Source: Lama guanicoe
Taxonomy: Eukaryota
Assembly: GCA_013239625.1 (NCBI GenBank)
Contig: MU056000.1
Location: 10,427,175 to 10,491,174 of the forward strand
Direction of reading: 5' to 3'
DNA length: 64,000 bases
In this document: positions 52,945 to 64,000 of the stretch, piece after piece
Numbering within the stretch: the first letter of the stretch is position 1
How the letters are laid out: each line of letters begins with the position of its first letter
Program-made: the position numbers and the translations under genes
Notes under the pieces: generated by a model
Seen by the model: only the letters and a program-made list of their open reading frames with translations
The model's database searches: none
Told to the model about the DNA's origin: nothing

Positions 52945-53693
52945 TGTCTTAATTGGCTTGGGCTGCCGTGACAAAACACCATAGACTGGGAGGCTTAAAC
53001 TACAGAAGTTTATTTTCTCACAGTTCCGGAGGCTAGGAAATCCAAGATCAAGGTGCTGGCTGGTCTGGTTTCTGGTGACAGCTTTCTTTCTGGTTTGCAG
53101 ATGGCTGTCTTGTGTCCTCCACGGTAGACAGAGAAGTCTGCTGTCTCTTCCTCTTCTTATAAAAGCACCAATCCTGTCAGACTGGGGCCCCACCCTGATG
53201 ACCTCATTTAACCTTTATCACCTTCTCACAGGCCCTATCTCCAAATTTCTTAGTCAGGTCAAGCTGCTATAACAAACTATCATATACTCGATGGCTTAAA
53301 CAATTTTATTTCTTACAATTCTGGAGTCTGGAAGTCCAAGATGAGGATGCCAGTATGACTGAGTTCTAACGAAAAATCTTTTCTGGCTTTTATATTGCTG
53401 ACTTCTCCTTATTTCCTCACTTGGCAGAGAGTAGCAGAGAGGAAGAGTAAACTGTCCTTTGACTCTTGTAAGGGCATTAATTTCATTCATGGTTTCTCCA
53501 CCCTACTGACCTCATTTGGTCCTAATTACCTCCAATGGCCCCATCTCCTAACACCATCCCATTGGAGGACAGGGTTTCAAAACGTGAATTTTGGGAGGAC
53601 ACATTCAGTTCATATGACCAAATATAGTCATATTGAGGATTAGGGCTTCAACTTATGAATTTGCAGTGAGGGGATATGATTCAGTCCACAGCA
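52945..53693 (-). mobile_element. MLT1A-like LTR interrupted by a second MLT1A-like LTR (53246-53617)
   Basis: Two reverse MLT1A starts (52945 and 53246); outer element resumes at 53618; 5-bp repeat CCAAA at 53241-53245 and 53618-53622. Confidence 0.75.
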
Positions 53694-55179
53694 GATACTA
53701 AGGTACTTAGGGTATGGAGTTCCACTTTAGAAGCTCTTCAAGTAAGTTAAGATTATCAGCTGCCTGTGTTATTTGTTTAGGATGAAATTACACTTAGCTG
53801 GAAGCAAAGGACTGGTTTAATGTTTTCCAGAATTCCAAGTCTTTTTATATTATTCTCTGTTATTTCCTTTTGTATGAAATGGTTTCAATTTCATGATTAA
53901 ATTTCGTCATGGCCTATACTTCTCCCCAAAAAACCTCTTCGGGACAATTTTGGGGGTTTCTAGGTAAACTATTACTACTGCAAGATATTTTTTAATAAAC
54001 TATTTCCCCCAGTTTTCCCTGTAAAGTTATTTCTTCTAGTCTCAGAACTGCAAATACACAGTAGCCTCTTCATCCCCAAATCCTGCGTAAAAATAATGAG
54101 CACTCCACAATCAAGAAACGTACTGAAAAGGGGGGTCTTTCAAATAAATACTCAGGTATTCCTGGAGTAGTTAATTTCTAAGTGAAACTAGATATACTTG
54201 CTTCCAAGCCTGGGTACAGTACATGAACCTGTGAAACTAGAATAAACCAAAAAGTACCTCTGCTGTGACTACTTTAGAAATTGATGTACAGAACATATTT
54301 GAAATCTATTTTTTATTGCTGTGACATTGGGAAATTCCATATAGTGAAAATACAGAATGTTTTGACTTTGCTATAAAATATGAGTTGATGGTATTGAAAA
54401 GGAAGATGTGCATCCAATTGGTACTAAGTTCCTATTAGAGAATTAAAGAATCAGCCAATCCAATAAACAAACACTGCAATGCCTTAGCAGTATTCTTCAT
54501 GAAAAATTACTGTAAATAAGGGCTGAAGTGTCCAAAAAATAAGGACTCAGAGTCTTTGATACATTAACTATTCTAGGCAAGGCCACTGAAGAAGCAGTTT
54601 GAAATGATTCAAAATGCTACCAAGTCTAAGAACTTACAAATTATAATACCATCATTTTACTCTTAGTTATCTCATTTGGGAATGTTTGATTCTAAGGGGA
54701 AGCTGGAAACTGGAATTGTCTCTAGCAATGTTATTACACAGGCTTTTACTTAAGCTTAGTTTTGCGTTATTATTTATTCATCCTGACATAAAAATAGGCT
54801 AATTGTAATTATATCATAGTTCATTGGCTTACTTTTCACAACTTCCTCTAAGAAATTCTGATTTAGTCTTTGACTTATTCAGTTTAACACACCTGCTTTC
54901 TAATAATTTAGTTCAGGAATATCAGTAAAAAAATTGTGGGCATTTCCAACATACACTTACACATTAAAAATACACACATGTACCTCTGTGTTTATTTACT
55001 ATAAAACATACACACAACACACTTTTTAAAGGATAAAGATGAAATACTTAACATTTAAATTATAATTTTTCTATTGAAGTACAAAATAAGAACAATATGA
55101 CTAGACATTCTTCTTTATGTTGGAAAGTCTTGGTTTATCACTTTGTGACATGGTATTTGAGTTTGATTTTTTTCTAATA

Positions 55180-55670
55180 TAACAGACTTTCTTTGAAATA
55201 GTTTTAGACATACAGAAAAATGGAGAAGATAGTACAGAGTTCCTATGTACCCTGTACCCAATTTCTCCTATTACTAACATCATACATTAGCATGGTACAT
55301 TTATTACACTTAATGAACCAAAACTGGTACACTCTTATTAACTAAAGTCCATAGTTTATTCAGACTTCCTAACCTAACGTCTTTTTCTGTTCCAGGATCC
55401 CACCCAGAATACCACATAACATTTATTTGTCACGCCTTCTTAGGCTCCTCTTGACCAACAGTTCCTTAGACTTTTCTTGTTTTGATGGCCTTAACAGTTT
55501 TGAAGAGTACTGGCCAAGTAATTTTTAGGATGCCCCCTAATGGAATTTGTAATTTGTCTGACATTCTTCTCACTAGATTGGAGTTACGGGTTTTTGGAAG
55601 ATCACAGAGGTGTGGTGCCATTTTCATCACATCATACTGAGGTTACACACCAATCACATGATTTATAACT
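55180..55670 (-). mobile_element. L1MC-like 3' end
   Basis: TTTTAGACATACAGAAAAATGGAGAAGATAGTACAGAGTTCC...TATTAACTAAAGTCCATAGTTTATTCAGA...TGTTCCAGGATCCCACCCAG. Confidence 0.7.
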
Positions 55671-55679
55671 GAGCTCAGG

Positions 55680-58030
55680 CCACATGGTAACTTTCTGGTC
55701 CACTGGTAAGGATTCAGCCTCTACAAAGGTCCACTAGTAAGCCAAAAGCCATTTTTCAAAAGGAGAGTGGTTATCCTCAGAGGATGGCAGGGCTTTGCCC
55801 CAAAATTCTAAGGGTTTGCATTGTGATTCACTTACAGGTACTTGCCAAAGACTCCAAATATCACCTCTGTCTGCCACTTCAAGCACGACTGGATCCACTG
55901 AGTCATCTGACCCACATGGCACAGCAACGTGCATAACAGCCAGGACCTGTTGCCAAGACTTCCCTTCTCTCACTGTGGGTTACGCCTTTTATTTATTTAT
56001 TTTTAATAGTAGGAGGGGCTGGATATAACAACTTACCCTTCACCTTAGAAGTGATGTCTTGAAATGCTCCACTCCACTGGACCCCTAGAAATTTCAGAGG
56101 TACAAGGCCTCTGAATTTGGGGGGATTTATTTCCCATCCTCTGACATGCAAATACCTTACAAATACGTGTATAGTAATTGCTACTTCCTGCCTACCAGGA
56201 CCAACCAGCATATCATTATCAGTGTAACGGGCCAGCACAATGTTCTGCAGAAGGGGAAGGAGGTCCCTGAAGACTAAATCATGACATGGGACTGAAGAGT
56301 TGATGTACCTTGTGGCAGGACAGTAAAGGCGTGTTGCTGACTTGTCTGTTGATTCCTTCTAGTGGTCTTTTATAACACATGTAATTGGAAAAAGCTTTCA
56401 CCAGATCAATAGCTGTATACTAGGTACTAGGAAATGTGTTAAGTTGCTCAAGCAATGAAACCACATCTGGAATAGTGCAACTGGAATCACCACAAAATCA
56501 GATTTATGAAAATCCACTGTCATTCCCCAAGATCCAACTGTCTTCTGTCAAATAGGTGAGTCGAAAAAGGATGCGGTGTGTATCACAACCTTTGCAACTT
56601 TCAAATTCTTGACAGTAGTGCTAATCTTTGCAATCCCTCCAAAAATGTGGTATTGTTTTGGCTTATGTTTTTATAGCTTAGCAACAGTTCTAGTGGCTTC
56701 CATTTGTCCCTTCCTATATTAACAACCTTCACTCTACAGGTGAGGGGACCAATGTGGGGATTCTGCCAATTGCTGAGTATGTCTATTTTTTTATGCATTC
56801 TGGAACTGGGGAAATAACCACAGGATGTGTTCAGAGATGCACTGGGCCTAATGTAAGATGGACCTGAGCTAAAATTCCACTGATCACTCGACCTTCACAA
56901 GTCCCTACTCTGATAGGTAGACAGTGATGTTCAGGTTTCCATGAATTAGTGTTAAGTCAGAGCCACTGCCTACTAATCCCCCAGAAGTATGGTTATTTCC
57001 TTTCCCTCAGTGCACAGTCACTCCAGCAAATGACTATAGGATCCTTTGCGGAAGACTGGGGAAGAAATTAACATTATACATTTTTGGCAATGAAGTAGGG
57101 TCCTTCCTCAAGAAAACCTAACCTTCCCTTCTTTCAGAGTTCTGGGTATGTAAATTGGCTCAAGTCTGAGAACTGATTGAAGGACTGCGATTCTCCACTT
57201 TCGTGATGCAAGCTGGGATTTCTGTTCATAGACCTAGAACTCTTCTGCTTATAAAGACCAAGTAGGAGGGGGAGGGTATAGCTCTGTGGTATAGCATGTG
57301 CTTAGCATGCAAGAGGTCCTGTGTTCAATCCTTGGTACCTCCACTAAAAATAATAAATAAATAAATAAATAAATAAACCTAATTACCATCCCTCCTCCCC
57401 CTGCACCAAATAAAAATAAATTAAAATAAATTTAAAAAAAAGACTAAGTAGGAATTTAGTAATTATCCATTTATTTCTTTTCTAGGGACACCACTATCAA
57501 TTGGCTAATATCACAGGTCTCAGTGAGTCAGACAATTCTGACTATTGTTTTATCCATTACAGCAACTGCATTGGTCCCACCTTGCCACCCTGAGATCCCA
57601 CTATCCCCACTGCATTTTGGAATTTCATTTGATGGTACCAGTCTCTACTGTAAGATACATCTGATTACAGAGAAGAGCAACTGCAGATCCCATCAAGGAT
57701 GCTGGGACTTCACAAATCATTTCTCACAGTCATGGTGAAGCGTAATGTCCTCTGGCTCCCTCCTGGGGTGGGTGAGAAGTTTTTCCAATGATAAATCCAC
57801 TCTAACATTTCAGTCTTCTCAAATCTTTGGATATCTTCCTCTACAGTCTCCCAGGCAGTTCTGGCACTTCAATTTCACTTATTGTAGGCACTTTCAGGTG
57901 GATGGAAGTTAAGTAATCAATGGAAGTTTTGCTCAGGTCCTTCTCACAGTGGACCCATTGGGTTCCTAAACCTATCTTGTGGTTATTTTCTCACTTTCAC
58001 AGGCATAGTAGGAAAAGACATACTAACAAC
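55680..58030 (-). mobile_element. Decayed ERV-L internal region (gag/pro/RT fragments)
   Basis: Minus-strand peptides RGWEINPPKF...KFLGVQWSGA...KVKGKLLYPAPPT, DILSNWQNPHIG...KWKPLEL, and KPLEFWGKALPSSEDNHSPFEKWLLAY are typical ERV-L pol; many stops and frameshifts. Confidence 0.8.
57268..57438 (+). mobile_element. Full-length camelid-type tRNA(Ala)-derived SINE (Vic-1-like) with 15-bp TSD
   Basis: GGGGGAGGGTATAGCTCTGTGG (A-box)...GTTCAATCC (B-box), (AAAT)n tail; TSD AAAGACCAAGTAGGA 57253-57267 and AAAGACTAAGTAGGA 57439-57453. Confidence 0.88.
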
Positions 58031-58154
58031 CAATGAAACAAACTGGTAAGCCTTATCTAACCCTTTGAAATAAAATGTATCTAGAACATCTGCTTAGCAC
58101 TCCTTATCAATAAATTTGGCCTGATAGCATTTTATAATCCTTCATCTTTATCCC

Positions 58155-58595
58155 TGTATTAGTTTCCTAGGGTTGTTGCAGCAAAGCACCCCAAACTGAG
58201 TGGATTAAAACAAATGTAATCTATTTTCTCGCAGTTCTGGAAGCTACATATCTGAAATCAAGTTGTCAGTATGTCCATGCTTATTCTGAAGGCTCTTTAG
58301 AATAATATTTCCCTGCCTTTTCCTAGCTACTAGTGGCTCCTGGCATTTCTTGGCTTCTAGCTACATCACCCCAATCTCTGCCTCCATCTTCACATGTCCT
58401 TATTTCTTCTGTGCCTATATACTCTGAATCCTCTCGTCTTTTATAAGGACACCAGACATTAGATTGAGGGTCCATGCTAATCCTGCACATCTCATTTTAA
58501 CTGATTACATCTGCAAAGAACCTATACCCAAATAAGGTCATATTGAGGCTCCAGCTGGACATGAATTTTAGGGGACACTAGTCATCCCACTATAA
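58155..58595 (-). mobile_element. MaLR LTR (MLT1B/C-like)
   Basis: TGTATTAGTTTCCTAGGGTTG...CTCGCAGTTCTGGAAGCT...TATAAGGACACCAG...GATTACATCTGCAAAGA...CCAAATAAGGTCA...GGGGACAC. Confidence 0.8.
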
Positions 58596-59279
58596 TCCCA
58601 CACCCTTAATATCCATACAAAATTTAACTGTAGATTCTTTTGTATGCTCTGAATTTTTTTAGCATGTTCATTTATTACTTTTTCAAATATAATTAAAGGG
58701 GGAAATCCATCACTGTTCTCTGCCTTAAAATACAAGTATTCTTTCCATCCGGTTTCTCCCTCTGATGTCAACTACTACTTAGAATCCCTACACTGGTCTT
58801 CCTGTCTTGTCTTTTCCCAATCTTTTCTCTAACTGCAGACAACTGCGGTATTTCAAAATAATCTCCTCCTTCCGACCTTTCAAGGAGGATCAAGCTCAAG
58901 TACCCTAATTAGCCAAAGGTGGTTTTTCAAGATCTGGTCTCCAGCACCCTTCTCGAAAGAAGCTTTGTTTCTTCTTTCAGTAAAATCTCCTGTTATATAT
59001 CGGTTCTGCCCCAGAACTACTCGCAGGTTTCTGAACTGCCCATGCCACTCCCTTCCTCCACACTTTGGTCCTGAGCTGCTTGCACTCATGACCGCTGCTC
59101 ACCGTCAGCGGCTACTACGCTATTCCCTCCCCAGTCATGAAACATTGTCTTCTGATCTTTGAAGCCTGTTAATATTTCCCCTTCGCCCTTGCTCCTCTTA
59201 AACCAAATTTCCTATAAGAAAGAACGTAGTTCAGGAACACACCGTGCTGCGCTGGCTCACCTGTCGGGCAGAACCATTT

Positions 59280-60300
59280 CGCTCTTCCCGCCCTCACGGA
59301 AGGGAAGGACTGTAACTCCCAGCCCTGGAGCCGCCAAGCCCGACCACGCACCGAAGGCTAAAGGCCGCCGGGCCTCGGGGACGGGTGGGTGGTGACGGAC
59401 CCGTCACACCGGAGAGGCCAGGCCATCCACTCGGCCCACATCCCTCTCTCCACAGCCAGGGAAACCCCGTCGGCGGAAAGCGAGGCTCCGAAGCCAGGAG
59501 ACACACTGTAAGAGACGCCCAAATATGTCAGCGCCCTTCACATCTCAAGGCCGGCCTTCCTCCGCCTCTCCGAGGACGCGTCCTCGCCGCTAGTCCTGTG
59601 CTTTTCCCTCTCCCACCACGGCCCGGTCCCTGGGGACTCGGAAGCGCCAAGACATCTAGAGCGATAAGCGCGCGCCGGGGACTCTGGGGCCGACTGGCGG
59701 CGCGCCCGGGGGCGGAGCATGCGCAGCAGCCGCTCCGCGTGGGCCGTCTTCGTCTCGGGCGTCTGGGCCCGTGCAGGCGCATGCGCAGGCTTCGGGGCTC
59801 AAGGCGCCCCGCCCTCCCGGGCCACGCCCCCTCGCCGCGGGTCAGAGGCCGCGGGGCGGGCGGTGGTGACGGGCGCGGAAGCGTCGCGTGCACCCTCGGA
59901 AGCCGGCGGGCTGCAGAGAAGCGGTGGCCACGGCCGGGCGCCCCGACGGGAGGGGCTCTGGATCGCTGGAGGCGGCTGAATCCCTGCGGCGGCGCCGCCG
60001 GCGGCGGCGGCGGCCCCATGAATCGCGGGACCATGCCTCAGCCCGGAGCGTGGCCGGGCGCGAGCTGCGCCGAGAAGCCGGTGCGGGAGGCGGGGGCCGC
60101 GGCTCCGGAGGGCGGGAAGGCGGCGGCCGGTGGGCAGCCGCGGACCAAGCTGCGGTGCCCAGCTGAGCAGTGAGTGCAGGACGCGGGCTGGGCACGGCGG
60201 GGGCGGGAGGGGACGCTGGGCTCGGTGCCCTCAAAAAGGCTGGGGGGGCGTGGGGGGGGCGGGGGTGTAGCAGCGTGGGGCCCTTCCCACCTCGGCTTCT
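59280..60300. promoter_or_regulatory. OTULIN: CpG island / TATA-less promoter of OTULIN
   Basis: Dense CpG; NRF1 palindrome GCGCATGCGC 59777-59786 and a near-match at ~59716-59725; Sp/KLF sites (GCCACGCCCC 59821-59830, GGGGCGGG ~59853); ETS-like CGGAAG at ~59876 and ~59897. Confidence 0.85.
60018..60169 (+). CDS. OTULIN: OTULIN (FAM105B) coding exon 1; gene continues beyond the window
   Basis: Encodes MNRGTMPQPGAWPGASCAEKPVREAGAAAPEGGKAAAGGQPRTKLRCPAE, matching the OTULIN N-terminus (MSRGTMPQP...CPAEH); donor CA|GTGAGT; expected position downstream of OTULINL. Confidence 0.93.
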
Positions 60301-63300
60301 AAGTAAGGTTAGCGACAGAGAGGAATCTGAAGACACTCGTCCAGTGTCCCCGTACAGAAGTTTTCCCGGAAGGCCCATCTTGAAATTCTGCTTATCCATT
60401 GCCTCTACCCCACCCGCTATTTTGACATCTCCATAGCTTTAACGTTAAAGAAAACTCCAGAAACTTGGGGAAGAAACTCTAGAAGCAGATTGTTTGAAAA
60501 CTCATTCCTATTAGATCTTTCCTCCAACCTGGTGCGGGAAGAAAGTAAGGTTGTCAGTGTCATAGGCACAGGAAAGCTGAGCCACGCGACACGTTTGTTC
60601 TTGGAAGGCAAGTTGCCGCCTGATGAGTGTCCCACCTGTTGGACAGACTTTGGACGGAGTCTGACCCTGTTCTGTTTTGCCAGTTAGCGGCTTAACTAGA
60701 TATCTCCAACCCTCTTTGTTTTTAAATCGGAAAGGCAGTGTTGGTTAGATCAATGATTTATTGAACTGTAAAGAAGGTGGCTTAAATCAGGAAAGTTTAG
60801 AGTTTCTGCAAGGATCTGGGGAAAGGGACGGAAGCAGAATATAAACTTGAAGGCTGAAACTTCTCTGCACTTTCAAGTTCTAGTCATATATAAATGCCTT
60901 TGGAATTCCAAAAGTGACAAAAGCACTCGAATAACCAGTTTGACAGATATCTTAATTGACCAGAAACTCCACTTTTTCTCCCCATTTCCTAAAAAGGGGT
61001 CCTAGGAGTGGGGACTGTTATTGCAGATATTGTAATAATTCTCGCTTATATGCTTCTTTACTGTGGGCTTTGCAATTCTCATTTACAGAGCACCCAAACC
61101 CCTTGAGATAGTGTTACCCACACGATTAATGGCCCCTGGGAAAGATTTAGAGCAGAAAGTCTTAAACTCCTGCCCTCAGGAGCTAGGCACGTAACTGAAG
61201 TGAGTGAAGCTGGGTAGGTGCAGTCTGTGGATTCCTGGAGAGCTGGGTCCGTTCGGGCTGGGTCTACCAAGTTCTGGCCTCTAGTTGCTGGATTTTCTGT
61301 ATTTAAAGAGTTCAGATATTCTAAAATGTTCTGGTTTTTAAACAGTAGCATTTTATTTTATTTTTAAATTGAAACCACTGTGTAGGCCCACGTGTGAGCT
61401 GATGTGACCTGTGGCTGCTGTTTTGCTCCCTGGGTTTGAGACCTTCCTCAGCCTCTGCAGCGGGTAAAGTGCCTTTACCCCTTCCCAGCCCAGGCTAGTT
61501 TTTAACTGCTGCTGCCAGGCTGGCTGCTGCTACCTTGCTCATGCCCTGGTGGTCTGAGCTGGGCCCCCACCTAGTGGCCCTGGCCTTCAGATGCTGCTTC
61601 TCAGCCTCAGCAGTTTCATGCCTCCCAGGAGATGTGGAAACTTGGAAATCAGAACCACAGTGCCCAACATGTGCATAGTTATTTGGCAAGTTTTTCTGCT
61701 GTGTGTGGTTCCCAGAGCCTGAGCACCTGGGGAAATGGGTCATGGTGCGAAAGGAACACTCTTTCCTGATGGGAAGGTTTTGTGGCACAGTGGCCACTGA
61801 CTGTCAATAGAATTATAGGCTTAGAGCTGAAAGGAATCTAAAAAACCCCGGCCTAGGTTTGTCATTTTACACATTAGGAAAACGACTTGCAGATTTGATA
61901 GGTGCAGCTTGTCCAGGGAGTAGGCTTCAGGGCCAGGTTCCCTGATGCCTGGGTAGGAACCTCCCCACTATTTCTCTCTGACTTCTCAGCAACACTAGGC
62001 AGAGGGATGTGACTTCTGATGACGGCCGACTTTACTTTTTTTTTTTTTTTTCCTGGAATAGATGTTCCAATTTACTGTTTTATTTCATAGCGTAGTTGCT
62101 TTTTCTTCCTATTTTTGTTGTCTTTGGCCATCTCATTCTCTTTTAAGTCTCATAAGAGAGCAAGGGGGAGTAAGGGAAAGAGGTGACAATAACTTCAAAT
62201 GTCAACTTCTGAACGTCAACATCTTACGTTTTGGGCTTTCTTGCTTAATATGTGGGCAGTGGGGTTGCTTCTTGCTCTGTGATATTTTCTCAAGGGCTGG
62301 AGCAGCCATGCTGCATTACATAAACATTGCTTATTATATAGTTTGCAATATGATGTGTGCACACCAGCTTTTACATGGTGATGTATGCAGCCTAATAGTT
62401 GAGTGTAGATTTAAATAAATAAAGTAGTGCCTGAATTAAGTCGTCAAATAGTTTTTAAACCTTATGTTTTTCTGTCATTGGAGCCAGTCCCTTCTTCCCA
62501 CCCAGAGAATTGGGTTTGCCCAGCACACGAATTGAGTAAAATCTTTGCACCTGGAAATATGAAACACTGTAAGATGCAGATATTTTGAGATAACTTGCAA
62601 AGGCATTTAAATACATTCAGTAGATAGCAATTATGAATACAAATCATAGCCCAACTTCTGCAGCCATTGCTCACTCAGGCTGTGACTCTTTGAGGGGTGC
62701 AGTGATGGGTACGGGAAGGGATGGCTCATTTCCTGGGCAGCTCTGTAGAATACTGATTCCTTTTGACTGAGATCACTGTGTTTTGGAAGGGAAATAGTGG
62801 AGAAAAAAGACTTAAAAACCATATGGATAAGCTAGTTTCTAGATCTCTTTCCTTCCTTTTCTTTCTTTCCTTTTTTTCTTAGTTCACTTGAGAGCTGTGG
62901 TTGGCTGGCATTCCTTGGACAAGCCATATGGATGGCTCACAAGATGACTTAGGGTTCCTTTTGAAGAAGTATTGGGCCAGACCACATTTTGTTGACTTTC
63001 TGGGGAACTCCTGCTGTCAGCAGGTCTCCTATACTCTGTCCCCTGCTCACTTGACCTGTACAATTGCAACTTATGCTGTGTCTACTTCTTGCTCTTAACT
63101 AAGCCAATACTACAGTCCTTGAGGATCAGAATGGTCCTGGGACATGGTTGGTGGCCAGGCTTGACATCCTTAGGAAATTGAGCAATGAGGCTGCTCCATC
63201 CGTGGTCCTTCTTTATCTGCCTGTCAGTGGGACAGGGCTTGAATCTGGGGTCCACAGGCTTGCTGTGTGTAGAAAGGAACATGTGTCTTTGTACCCCTCT

Positions 63301-64000
63301 GAAATTGAAGAAAGAATTATATGTATATTTATGTTTTTCTGGACTGAGATTCTGATGAAAGCTGTAGATTCTCCAAAGAGCTGTGAACAGCAGCTTGTTA
63401 AACCATTGTTCTCAGGTGTTGCTATTTGTACTATTGTGCAGATTTGTTTTCCCACCCATCTCACACCTTAGCAGCCTTAGAAGGCTATTTTTGGTGGGGT
63501 AACAGCTACACCCTCCTGCCCTTTCCCCCACCTGAGGGTAGAACCTGCTTCAGGGCTGGGATGTCTCTGAGAAACCTCATTGTGGAGGGTGTCACGTGGA
63601 GTAGCAATGATCCAGTCGTGGAAAGTCCACTTGTAGGAAGGAGGTGGAATCTTGGCCTGCGTGCCGGTACTTTCCTGCATTTGATGTGTTGTTCACTCAT
63701 CTATACAACCGCTAAGAGGTGAAGACAGGCTGGGTTAAGTGGTCTTTACTTTTCCTGTGCCTGTGTGGGATGGTGCATTGGTGTCACAGTGGTTGACACT
63801 GCCTCACCAGCACTGCCTGGGCCATTAGTCTTCTAGGACAGGCCAAGTTAAGCATGAACTGCAGCATTCAAGTCCAGAGAGCTGAACAAAGTCATACTCA
63901 ATTTAGCTTTTTCAGATAACTAAGGGGAACTTGGCGCAAATGTTCATAACGGTGAGTGATTAAAATGTTGTCTTGTTAGCTTTGCATATACGTTAGAATT

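Noticed and set aside
57268..57345. tRNA-Ala-like sequence
   Set aside because: It is the SINE head, with an AT-rich tail and TSD; stems are degenerate, so it is not a tRNA gene.
59385..60399. Long ORFs on both strands at the OTULIN promoter, including an in-frame ATG at 59781
   Set aside because: CpG-island artefact. The upstream ATGs lie inside NRF1 motifs, probably upstream of the TSS; only 60018-60169 matches OTULIN.

Overview
Mammalian (eutherian) genomic DNA, most likely a camelid, judging by two copies of a tRNA-Ala-type SINE with the camelid Vic-1 layout. The window holds the complete 8-exon OTULINL (FAM105A) gene on + (CDS 705-24075, 1071 nt, 356 aa; pseudo-deubiquitinase with Asp139 in place of the catalytic Cys). 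It also holds the CpG-island promoter and first coding exon of its tandem paralogue OTULIN (FAM105B, 60018-60169). The ~34 kb intergenic region is rich in repeats. The most unusual element is an intronless, decayed PLEKHA1/TAPP1 (tandem PH-domain) copy at ~31047-32198. It carries the alternative-isoform exon, stops at that isoform's LPK-stop codon, and runs with no poly(A) or 3'UTR into the 5' region and ORF1 of an old L1. This suggests a host ORF captured and carried by an ancient L1 rather than an ordinary processed pseudogene. Other points: a four-level nested transposon stack, an LTR-in-LTR insertion, and a 2014-bp duplication across a 315-N gap that is probably an assembly artefact. Gene and repeat-family names come from recalled sequences, not database searches; repeat boundaries are approximate.
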